The notes below the pieces were generated by a model. The model searched no databases. It saw nothing but the letters and a program-made list of their open reading frames with translations, and was not told the origin of the DNA. A stretch of 64,000 bases of DNA from Eledone cirrhosa (lineage: Eukaryota): assembly GCA_964016885.1 (NCBI GenBank), contig OZ024741.1, positions 266,290,001 to 266,354,000 of the forward strand. Direction: 5' to 3'. Position numbers and translations under genes: made by a program. How positions within the stretch are numbered: position 1 is the first letter of the stretch; each line of letters opens with the position of its first letter. This document shows positions 51,961 to 64,000 of the stretch, in pieces.

Positions 51961-52272
51961 ATCACCAACAGCCCTAAGAGCAACACCCCACCAGGGTGCT
52001 CTTGCCGTAAGCCCGAAGCTTGTCCCCTTCAACAGCAATGCAACACACCCGCTGTAGTTTATGAAGCTGTGGTCACTTCCAACCGACCAAATCAACAACA
52101 GGAGGTCAAATCCTATGTGGGTGGCTATGGCGGAGAGCTGATTAAAGGAACGCTTTCTGAACCACCAGTCGACCTTTAGGTACCCGGACAGGACCCGGAC
52201 AGGACCCGGAAATTCGCGAGCCACGTATGGTCCCTCAAGGACTCAAGTATAGGGTATTCCATTCAATGGAAA
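51961..52272 (+). pseudogene. Penelope-like GIY-YIG endonuclease fragment (same family as 30306)
   Basis: GCSCRKPEACPLQQQCNTPAVVYEAVVTS..KSYVG/frameshift/..KERFLNHQSTFRYPD; flanked by (TA)n. Confidence 0.85.
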
Positions 52273-52306
52273 TATATGTGTGTGTGTGTATGTGTATGTA
52301 TGTATG

Positions 52307-52426
<120 letters not shown>

Positions 52427-52610
52427 CATATATATATATGCAGAGGTTATATTTAATTTGTTGGGATTCAACAAGCTTAAAAATGTTTATAACTGATATA
52501 AAGCACTCAACAAATTAGTGGAGTAAATAGTAAATAGTATCCAGGGAGCTCCAACCGTTAAGGTTGTCTTTTTTCCGGGTATGTCAATATTTATTTATAA
52601 AACAAATCTG

Positions 52611-52676
52611 TATTTTATCTGATGAAAGCGCACCATAATTTGCCTTGGTTGCCCTTGAAATATGTATAATAAAATA
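52611..52676 (+). ncRNA. Minimal type I hammerhead motif
   Basis: tattttat-CTGATGA-aagcgcacca..tggttgccctt-GAAA-tatgta-TA-ataaaata. Confidence 0.75.
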
Positions 52677-52738
52677 AATATGGTTTTATAAATATAGTTT
52701 CCATTTATTAATATATTGTATATATATATATATATATG

Positions 52739-52774
<36 letters not shown>

Positions 52775-52812
52775 ATACATATATATATGTATATATGTGT
52801 GGGGGGGGGGGG

Positions 52813-52843
<31 letters not shown>

Positions 52844-52851
52844 GCATATAG

Positions 52852-52956
<105 letters not shown>

Positions 52957-53086
52957 GAGGACTGGTCCTATCGTAATTACACTGATATATAACTGTCAAC
53001 CACCAACAACAATATATCCACCATAAGACCACCACCATCTATACATCAACAGCCAGTCCACCGGCCAACCAACCAGCCAATCGCCT

Positions 53087-53118
<32 letters not shown>

Positions 53119-53394
53119 GAAACCTATCTCCGTCCGCCATTTTAACTCAGATATTGGCCCAAGTATGTCTCGGTGGCTTTTCGCCTTTTATTAGAATTTT
53201 TCCGTTCGTCTCCCTTGGTTACCGTGATTCAAGTCACTGGGATCGATAGACGCTACTGCTCATTAATATTCATTAAGCGAAAGGGGAGGGGACGGTGGTG
53301 AAAAAGGAGGGGGAGAGACGTACTTTTTTGTGAAAGTAGGAAAAGTGAAGAATTTTGTTATAACATTTTGTGGTGTTTTATCTGTCATTTTCTC

Positions 53395-54680
<1,286 letters not shown>

Positions 54681-55259
54681 TTATTTGGAAAGTTAGTTGG
54701 AAGGACTGTTTTGTTGTTGTTGCTATTGCAATATATATATATATATATATAGTATAATATAATATAATATATGTATATATAGAAAGAGAGGTGGGGGGAG
54801 GGCATTTTGTCGAGGGGGCGTAGAACTCGATATAGTTTCATGTTTTGATAAACAAAAAGCGGTGTTGGTGTTGGTGTTGGTGTTGTGGGGGGGGGGACAG
54901 TGGCGGCGGCGGTGAATATTGGAGGAAAGAATAAGAAAATAAAAAGAAAGGAAAAATAATAGTGATATGAAAACGGAATAAGTTAGAAGAAAACTAGTTA
55001 GAAGAAGAGAGGGAAGGAGAGGATAACGAGGCGAGAAACAGATGGAGGAGAGAAGGGAGGAGGAGGAGGAGGAGGAGGAAAGAAGAAGGAGAGAGAGGAA
55101 GTAGAAGATAGAAGGCGGGAAATTGAGTGTGAGGGATATATAGGGAGATGGTGAAGAAATGGCGAGGGAAAGAGTGAATAAAATGAAGGGAGGGGGTGAG
55201 AGAAAGAGTGTGAAGGAAGAAAAAGGCGACTTAAATGTAGAGAGGGGGAGAAACATTGC

Positions 55260-55276
55260 GAGAGAAAGAAAAAGGG

Positions 55277-55319
<43 letters not shown>

Positions 55320-55435
55320 GAGAGAGAGGAAAGAAGAAGAAGAAGAAGAAGAAGAAGAAGAAGAAGAAGAAGAAGAAGAAGAAGAAGAAGAAGAAGAAGA
55401 AGAAGAAGAAGAAGAAAAAGAAAAAGAAGAAGAAG
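55260..55435. repeat. (GA)n and (GAA)n tracts
   Basis: Direct reading. Another (GAA)n lies at 61376-61478. Confidence 0.95.
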
Positions 55436-55966
55436 TGAATGAAATAGAGGCAATAAAAGAGGCGAAGAGGAGAAGGAGGAGAAGGAAAGCTTAAGCTCAA
55501 ATTGATGGTAAGGATTGATAGGTGGGAATTAAATAGGGTCTATGATGAAGTAGAATGAGAAAGAAGGGAAAGGAAAGAGAGCGAATGGTTAACAAAGAAA
55601 CGGGGAGAAGAGGATGTGGGGTGGGGGTATTATTGACAAAGATAAGTTGAGTTATTTCCCTTTCCCTACATTCGTTTCTCGCCACCAGACGTCTCCACCC
55701 TTCCGTCACTCCTGGTTTAGATGGTCGTGGCACACCACCTGTTTGCCTCCAATGTACATTAATAGAAGTCATTTTAGTTTGTATTCTACATCTAGTGACA
55801 TCTATGGCGGTGGTTATTTATTTGTGAAAAGACCGGGGTCTTTTTGTTTTTGGTTCTTTATATATATATGTGTGTGTGTAGAGAGAGAGGGGGTTTAGTT
55901 AGATTTACTAGATATAGATAGATGGATAGATAGATAGATACATAAATACATAGATAGATAGATATA

Positions 55967-56620
55967 TTTCTTTATTAGCCACAGGGGCACAAAAGAAGGG
56001 GACAAATACAAAGGGGGAAGTTTACATACAATAAAAACGTGTAAAATGTTATCACAGATGGAATTTAAAAGTTAGTCGATTTTCCCCAATAGAGGGAGAC
56101 AGTTTATATGGGTAACACAGACCCCCGAAAAAAATGTGCAACCCTCATCTCCAGGAGTACGAAGAGCTTGTACTCCTTTCCTCTCCTCCTCCTTTTCCTC
56201 AACCTACAGGCTGATATAGAGAGAAGGCCCATTCACTCGGGCCATTCTCGCCACTTTCACCCACCTTTCATAAAACTTGCTGGGGTACAGCACCTCTCTC
56301 TCCATCCTGATTCTTCTTCCAAAGTGGTATTTGAAAAAAAGAATCAGTTGTTGGCCGGAGAGAAAGGTGTCTGACCTCAGCCCTTTCAACCTTGTCCACC
56401 ATACAACCTCTTTCGCCATAGCTATCACACAAAGGAAAACCGCCTCTCCTTCGTTTTTGAAGGAGGGTGGCGGTTTGATCATGACAATGGACTCGGTGGT
56501 CAACTGGATTGGTCCCACCCGCGACAATAGTCGTTCTACATAGCCCCACAGGTCAGTGACGCCCGGGCAGTGTATGAATGCGTGCGCGACGGTTTCTTCG
56601 TCTCGCACGCACCTCGGACA
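55967..56620 (-). mobile_element. Tx1/L1-like LINE, 5'-truncated copy 1
   Basis: CPRCVRDEETVAHAFIHCP zinc knuckle through the 3' UTR ..gtggctaataaagaaa; bounded by (TAGA)n. Confidence 0.9.
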
Positions 56621-56664
56621 TAGATAGATACATAGATAGATAGATAGATACATAGATAGATATG

Positions 56665-56915
56665 TTTCTTTATTAGCCACAGGGGCACGAAAGAAGGGGA
56701 CAAATACAAAGGGAGAAGTTTACATACAATAAAAACGTGTAAAAATATTATCACAAATGCAATTTAAAAAATTAGTCGATTTTCCCCAATAGGGGGAGAC
56801 AGTTCATATGGGTAACACATACCCCCGAAAAAATGTGCAACCCTCATCTCCAGGAGTACGAAGAGTTTGTACTCCTTTCCTCTCCTCCTCCTTTTCCTCA
56901 ACCTACAGGCTGATA
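56665..56915 (-). mobile_element. Tx1/L1-like LINE, copy 2 (3' UTR only)
   Basis: Same 3' UTR; bounded by (TAGA)n. Confidence 0.88.
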
Positions 56916-56937
56916 CATAGATAGATAGATAGATATA

Positions 56938-58431
56938 TTTCTTTATTAGCCACAGGGGCACAAAAGAAGGGGACAAATACAAAGGGGGAAGTTTACATAC
57001 AATAAAAACGTGTAAAATGTTATCACAGATGGAATTTAAAAGTTAGTCGATTTTCCCCAATAGAGGGAGACAGTTTATATGGGTAACACATACCCCCGAA
57101 AAAAAATGTGCAACCCTCATCTCCAGGAGTACGAAGAGCTTGTACTCCTTTCCTCTCCTCCTCCTTTTCCTCAACCTACAGGCTGATATAGAGAGAAGGC
57201 CCATTCACTCGGGCCATTCTCGCCACTTTCACCCACCTTTCATAAAACTTGCTGGGGTACAGCACCTCTCTCTCCATCCTGATTCTTCTTCCAAAGTGGT
57301 ATTTGAAAAAAAGAATCAGTTGTTGGCCGGAGAGAAAGGTGTCTGACCTCAGCCCTTTCAACCTTGTCCACCATACAACCTCTTTCGCCATAGCTATCAC
57401 ACAAAGAAAAACCGCCTCTCCTTCGTTTTTGAAGGAGGGTGGCGGTTTGATCATGACAATGGACTCGGTGGTCAACTGGATTGGTCCCACCCGCGACAAT
57501 AGTCGTTCTACATAGCCCCACAGGTCAGTGACGCCCGGGCAGTGTATGAATGCGTGCGCGACGGTTTCTTCGTCTCGCACGCACCTCGGACAGATCTTTT
57601 TTGCAGGGTCCCTGCCCGGGCGCCCATGTCTGTAGAGCTTGTGGGAAGGCTCGCCTCACGAACGGGGCCCACACCGGTTGTCCGGTGAGGAATACGTAGA
57701 GATGCCGCAGCCTGAGCGCGTGTTTGCGCATCGCCAACCACGGCATCCCCAGCCCTCCGTTAGAAGGGTGTTGGCAGCAGATGGATCTTCTCACCAAAGG
57801 AGCCCGCCTCTTCCAAAGGAATCGGAAGAGCGCGCGCTCCATTTTGGCGAGCGTTTTGGCTGGACAAGGCACGACGGTCAAGCGGTAGTAGATGGCGGAC
57901 GCTATAAAAGTGTTCGCCACCTCCGCTCGACCTTTCAAGGATAGTTTGCACTCGGCCCACTTCTGGGTGAGTGCAAACACCTTGGCCGTCACTTCGTTCC
58001 AGTTCTTCTCCACCTGGAGGTCCGGACCAAACCAGACCCCGAGCAGCTTTACCGGTCCTTCCGTCCAGCGTCCGACGACGCCATCGGAAGGTATCAGTCT
58101 GCCTCTCCACGATCCGAGTTGCAAACCGATGGACTTGTCCCGGTTCAGCTTCGCTCCTGTGAGACTTTCGTATTCCTTTAGTAAGGTGCCGACTTCCTCG
58201 ATTTGCGAGGCGCTCGACACCATTACTGTCACGTCGTCGGCGTAGGCCGACGCCGCTTTCCGCAGTCCCGGTTCCAGAGGGATGCCCTGCAATAGCTCCA
58301 GCTTCCGCAGTAGTGGCTCGAGAGTCAGTACGTACAGAAGGGAGGAGAGAGGGCATCCCTGTCGAATGGATCGCGTAATATGGAACGGCTCCGAGAGGTA
58401 ACCGTTCACCTTGACCCTTGAGCAGATGTTG
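56938..58431 (-). mobile_element. Tx1/L1-like LINE, copy 3 (partial RT to 3' end, internal deletion)
   Basis: RSIRQGCPLSSLLY, AYADDVTV, KLLGVWFG, GGLGMP motifs. Confidence 0.92.
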
Positions 58432-58460
58432 ATAAATAGATAGATAGATAGATAGATAGA

Positions 58461-60666
58461 TTTCTTTATTTGCCACAAGGGCGCACAAGAAAAGGGGACA
58501 ATACAAAGACACATGCCGAGGATTTTACATGCAGTCGTGTAAAAAAAAAAAAAAAAACAATTATAACAATCGAAATCCCTAATAGGGGGGGAGATGTCAC
58601 AAATGGGTTGTTTAATACCCCGTCGATAGAACAACCCTCAACTTCAGGAACGTGTTGTGGAAGTGCTCCCTTCTTCCTTTTGCTCTCTTCTTTAACCTAC
58701 AGGCTTATAAACAGAGAAGGCCCAATCACTCGGGCCATTTTCGCTTCATTCACCCACCGTTCAGTAAATTTACTGGGGTGCAGTGCCTCTCTCTCCACAG
58801 CGAGACAAGTTGTGGGAAGGCCTGTCTCACAAACGGTGCCCACACCGGTTGGTCGGTGAGGAATACGTGAAGATGCTGTAGCCTCAGCGCATGTTTGCGC
58901 ATCATTAGCCACGGCATGCCCAGCCCTCCGTTGGAAGGGTGTTGACAGTAACTGGAAGTGCATGCGTTCCATCTTGGTGAGGTATTCACGGGGACAAGGC
59001 ACGACAGTCAAGCGGTAGTAGATGACGGACGCTATGAAAGTGTTCGCCACCTCTGCTCGACCTTTCAAAGACAGTTTGTACTCTGCCCACTTCTGGGTGA
59101 GCGCAAATACCTTGGCCATGACCTCGTTCCAGTTTTTCTCCACCTGGAGGTTTGGACCGAACCAGACCCTGAGCAATTTTACCGGTCCTTCCGTCCAGCG
59201 TCCCGACGACGCTGTCAGACGGCATCGGTTTGCCTCTCCACGTTCCGGGTTGCAAACCGACAGACTTGTCCGGGTTCAGCTTTGCTCCTGTGAACCTTTC
59301 GTATTCCTGTAGTAGGTTGCCGATTACCTCGATTTCCGAGGTTTTCGACACCATTACCGTCACGTCGTCGGCATAAGCCGACGCCACTTTTCGCAGTCTC
59401 GGTTCTAAAGGATGCCCTGAAAAATCTCCAACTTCCGCAGTAGTGGCTCTAGAGTCAATACATACAGAATGGAGGAGAGAGGGCATCCCTGTCGAATGGA
59501 ACGCGTGATTGCGAACGGCTCCGATAGGTAGCCGTTCACCTTGACCCTCGAGCAGATGCTGTTGTGCATTGCCTTGATCCAGCCTCTGAAAACGGAATCG
59601 AAACCGGCCGCCTTGAGAACCGCTTCCAAGTATCGGTGGTCGACCCTATCGAATGCCTCAGACTGATCTAAATTGACCAGAGCCCCACCGAAGCCGGGTT
59701 TACACCTCACCCTCTCTATGATGCATCGCATGAGGTGGAGTTTGTCGTGTATGGACCTGGTCGGAATTGCACACGTTTGCGCTTTCCCTACCAGGTTTTC
59801 GACGACAAGCGCCAGCCTCGTTGCTAGCATCTTGGCCAAAATCTTTAACTCTGTGTTGAGCAGAGTTATAGGCCTGAAATTGTTTATTTCGTCCCCCTTG
59901 TTCTCGTCTTTCCTGATCAGCGTTACTACGCCCTTGCCTGCAGAACTGGGAATTGTCCCGTTCTACTGCCAATTGCAGTAGACGGCTTCGAGGACGCCAG
60001 AGAACAAGTCCGGCATGCCTATGTAAAACTCATAGGCTAGACCAACTAGACCGGGTGACTTGCGTTTACTGCAGCGGCCCAGAACGTCCCGTATCTCAGT
60101 GTCCGTGATCGGTCTTTCGCAGAACTCGGCGTCCGTGTTCGAGAGACGCGGCAGGCCGTCGAGGTATGAACTAAAGTCCATTGCCCCGTTCCGCTCACCG
60201 TCGTTCTGCTCAAACAGTCGTGCAAAGTGCTGCTGAAAGGCCACGCACATTTGCTTGGGGTCATGTAGCACGCGTCCGTTTTGGTCTTTCAAAGACCAAA
60301 TTGTGGACTTGTTGCCACTTTTTGCCTCCGCCACTCGGGCCCAGTTGACAGCTTTCGCTCCTTCGTTTCCTAGAGCACGTGTTTTGCTTCTGACCACGCA
60401 GCCTTCGTGTTTCGCGTCGAAGAACTCGTCCAGTGCCGTTCTCGATGCTAGCACTCTAGCTGCATTGCCACTCCTAAGCGCCTCTTCTACTTTGGCTACT
60501 AGTTCTGTTTCTGATTTGTTTTTCTCTAAAGCTAATTCTCTGCTAAACCCTATCGATTGAGAGAGTACCACCATCTATTGTTGACAATGGCTCCCGTCAA
60601 CTCTTGCTTAACTAATCTACTTATCCGTTCATTGTAGGCTTTTCGTGCCGGCAACGACACGTTCAA
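58461..60666 (-). mobile_element. Tx1/L1-like LINE, copy 4 (sister subfamily; frameshifted ORF2 from post-endonuclease linker through RT)
   Basis: KSPGLVG, LDQSEAFDRVDH, IRQGCPLS, AYADDV motifs across frames; different 3' UTR; bounded by (TAGA)n. Confidence 0.92.
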
Positions 60667-61912
60667 TAGATAGATAGATACACACACAAACAGAGAGAGA
60701 GGGAGAGAGAGAGAAAGGGTGAGAGAGGGAGAGAGGAAGAGAGAGAACTCACTTTTGGAATTTGAAAGATACACAGTTCGACTCTACGTAACGGCTGCTG
60801 GACACTTTTTCCGTCAATGGGGGTATTTTACCCGATTTTGTAAGCTATTATTTGTAGCAGCGACTGTGTTTACATTATTTTGGGGATTCCTACATTTTCT
60901 AAGAATATATATATTTGCGTGTGCGTGGGGAGGGGGGTGGGGTCTGATCTGAGTCCAAACCCAAGCGAGGTGAACAATGCCTTATACATTTTCAGAATCG
61001 GTGAGATACCAGACCAAGGAGGGGTGTTGGCGAAACGTCGTGGGGAGTGGCTTGCGGTATCTATTCTACGTGTTTGCGTTCTGACGATAACACCTACGAT
61101 GAAACGTCTGCCAAGCTATATTGGCATTTGAGTTTAACTCAAATCACACTCAAAGCATAAAACACATTGAGTAATGTAGTCCAAGTTATATCTACTAGAA
61201 TGTGATAGTAAACGATTGTAACTCTTTTGATCATAGCTCTGCATAATCAGAACCTACTATTTGTACTCGTGGAGCTTGGCTGGCTACACCTGAAGATCTA
61301 GCCGGGTTAGTTGGAGACGGTTGCTTCTGACAGGAAGTTGTGTTCGAGGGCAGTGCCCTACGACCCTCCCAGGAGGAAGAAGAAGAAGAAGAAGAAGAAG
61401 AAGAAGAAGAAGAAGAAGAAGAAGAAGAAGAAGAAGAAGAAGAAGAAGAAGAAGAAGAAGAAGAAGAAGAAGAAGAAGGGGTGGAGAGGGGCAACGTTCG
61501 CCCAAGTTGAGGCGAGCCATCTCCTACCGGTGTACCTATAGACAACATTGCAAGTGATGGCCGCCCATTCACGGCCATTACAGGCACCTGGTGCAGATAT
61601 TATCAGCTAATCACGGTTCTGTGGGGACCAGGCATTACCTCAAGATCTGACTTGATTGTGACAACCTGTTTTCGGCTGTCCACATCATAGTTTCGTGAAC
61701 AAAGGTGGCCCCTATATATGTTGAACACAGAGATGTTCTCCACAGATATTGTTAGCCAGTCAGGATTTTAGCGACGGACTCCAGGGGTTATGGGATGGGG
61801 TTATGCCCCCCCCCCCCCCCCCCCCCCCCGCAATGTATTGTTGATGAGTTCACAAACAGAATTGCAAGAGGGTTTTTTAATAATAACATTTTTATTATTT
61901 CTATATTTAGTA

Positions 61913-62660
61913 GGGCGGTGGATTGGCAGTATCGGTAGAGGGTCGGACGCCATGCTTTGCAGCATAGAGTTATGGCCCTTTATGATCTGAGTTCAAATAT
62001 CGCCAAGGCTAACTTTGCCTGTCATCCTTACGAGGTCGATAAAATAAAGTACCAGTCACGCACTGGGGTCGATTTAATCGACTTTCCCTTCCTCCAAAAT
62101 TGATGGCCTTGTGCCTTTATAAGAAACCAGTATTTCCACATTTAGCACAAGGCCAGCAATTTGAAGGAGTGTGGAAATTGATTAAATCGTCCCAATGCGT
62201 TACTGGTAGGTTATATCATCGAGTCCGTAAGGATGACAATTCTGCCAATTCGACACCTTCAAATACGATATTTTAAAACTAATAAATAGTTTCTGATTTA
62301 GTCACAAGGCCAACAATTTTGGGGGAGGGGGAATTCGATTAAATTAATCCCAGTGCATTACTGGTACTTTATTTTATTAACTCTGTAAGGATGACAAGTA
62401 AAGCTAACCTGACGGGATTTGAACTCAGAACGTAAAAGGACGTAATTTTATAGAGTAAAGTATATTGTCCGATGCTCTACCGATTCTGCCAATCCACCGC
62501 CCTACTAGGGTTTAATAGAATAGTGGTTTCTGATTTAGGCACAAGACCAGCAATTTTGGAGGATGGGAAAGTCGATTAAGTCCCCAGTGCAATACTGGTA
62601 CTTTATTTTATTGACCCCGTAAGGATGAAAGACAAAGATAACCTCGTTGGGAATTGAACA
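61913..62660. mobile_element. SINE cluster: + copy 61913-62130 followed by - copies to 62660
   Basis: Consensus matches in both orientations. Confidence 0.85.
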
Positions 62661-62667
62661 GGTTCAA

Positions 62668-63160
62668 TACAACAACTACAGCAACTACAACAACTACAAC
62701 AACAACAACAACAACAGTAACAACCACCACCACAACAACAACCAACCACAACAACCAACCACAACAACCACAACAACAACAATAACAACAACCACAACAA
62801 TAACAACAACCATAGCAACAACAGTAACAACCACAACAACCACAACAACAACAACAACAACAGTAACAACCACAACAACAACCACAACAACCACAACAAC
62901 AACAGTAACAACCACAACAACAACAGTAACAACAACAGTAACAACAACAACAACAACAACAGTAACAACCACAACAACAACAACAGTAATAACAACAGTA
63001 ACAACCACAACAACCACAACAACAACAACAGTAACAACCACAACAACCACAACAACAGTAACAACAACCACAACAACCACAACAACAACAGTAACAACCA
63101 CAACAACCACAACAACCACAACAACAATAACAACAATAACAACAACAACAGTAACAGTAA
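62668..63160. repeat. (CAA/CCA/CAG)n tract
   Basis: Direct reading. Confidence 0.95.
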
Positions 63161-63620
63161 ATTATACAATAATACAATGATCGCCGCCCCCGCCTCAACA
63201 ACCCCCTCCTCCCTCATCCATCATGTTAACAATCGATTCCATGTTTGAATAGTAAACAGAAACAATTTAGCAATCAATAATAAATCAATTAAGACGCCAT
63301 CATTTATCGCTTTTATCGTTTTCGGCAATTGGTGAGTGGCTGACATTTTCTCTCTTTTTATTTTATAGTTTTTTACTGGGTTTTATTTTTTGTTATTGTT
63401 CTTTTTCCTTTTATTTATTATTTATTTTATGTTAATAATGGGTGAGAGGGGATGGTGTAGTGGGAGGCTGTTTCGTTCTTTATACGGTTGTTTCTTATTA
63501 AGGAGAGAGGGGTGAGTTTTACTGCTGTTTATGTTATTGTTGTTGTTGTTGTTGTTCGTGGTTTTGCTTGTTTCTTAACAGTCGTTAAAGCTACGTTTGT
63601 TGTTATGACTAATTGTTCTG

Positions 63621-63788
<168 letters not shown>

Positions 63789-63831
63789 GTGTGTGTGTGT
63801 GCATATATATATATATGTATGTGTATGTATA

Positions 63832-63865
<34 letters not shown>

Positions 63866-63867
<2 letters not shown>

Positions 63868-64000
63868 TGGTAGAACACTGGAAGGTAATATCCGTAGTGG
63901 TAGAGCACTCAGTCCATGGGACGAGTTAGTTTTACGAGCTGAGGATCCGCTAAGGTGAAACATTTGTTCTCGGTATGGTGAACTAACTGTTGTGTAACCA
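63866..64000. mobile_element. PLE 3' end in inverted-then-direct arrangement (family of 30306-30861), running off the right edge
   Basis: 63870-63929 is the reverse complement of ~30800-30861; 63939-64000 matches 30732-30793. Confidence 0.85.
63935..63972 (+). ncRNA. Minimal type I hammerhead motif
   Basis: cgag-CTGAGGA-tcc gctaa ggt-GAAA-catttg-TT-ctcg. Confidence 0.7.

Noticed and set aside
61076-61112. CTGACGA...GAAACGTC motif
   Set aside because: Core words are present but stems I and II do not pair; at best a heavily decayed copy.

Overview
Repeat-rich eukaryotic genomic DNA, most likely a coleoid cephalopod (octopus-type tRNA-derived SINEs, very dense (TA)n/(TG)n microsatellites; inferred, not proven). 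The only host gene I can support is four GT-AG exons (7807-7896, 13321-13422, 42849-42944, 43080-43158, + strand) of a vesicular monoamine transporter (VMAT/SLC18A). Its start and end lie outside the window, so essentially the whole window is intronic. Almost all ORFs in the supplied track are translations of simple repeats. The introns hold many SINE copies, a deleted mariner, mariner and hAT MITEs, CRE-like and Tx1/L1-like LINE fragments, Penelope-like element (PLE) GIY-YIG fragments and several minisatellites. The unexpected signal is RNA structure. About 20 hammerhead-ribozyme (HHR) motifs sit in short, mostly non-coding elements inserted into (TA)n, often as fold-back or tail-to-head arrangements. 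One ~500-nt non-coding family (three diverged copies at 20.8, 22.0 and 35.6 kb) carries a complete hammerhead core, with compensatory changes in four helices. Its three strands occur in an order (III/I, then II/III, then I/II) that is not a circular permutation of HHR types I-III, making it a candidate pseudoknotted, previously undescribed hammerhead topology. All structures were read by eye; activity is untested.
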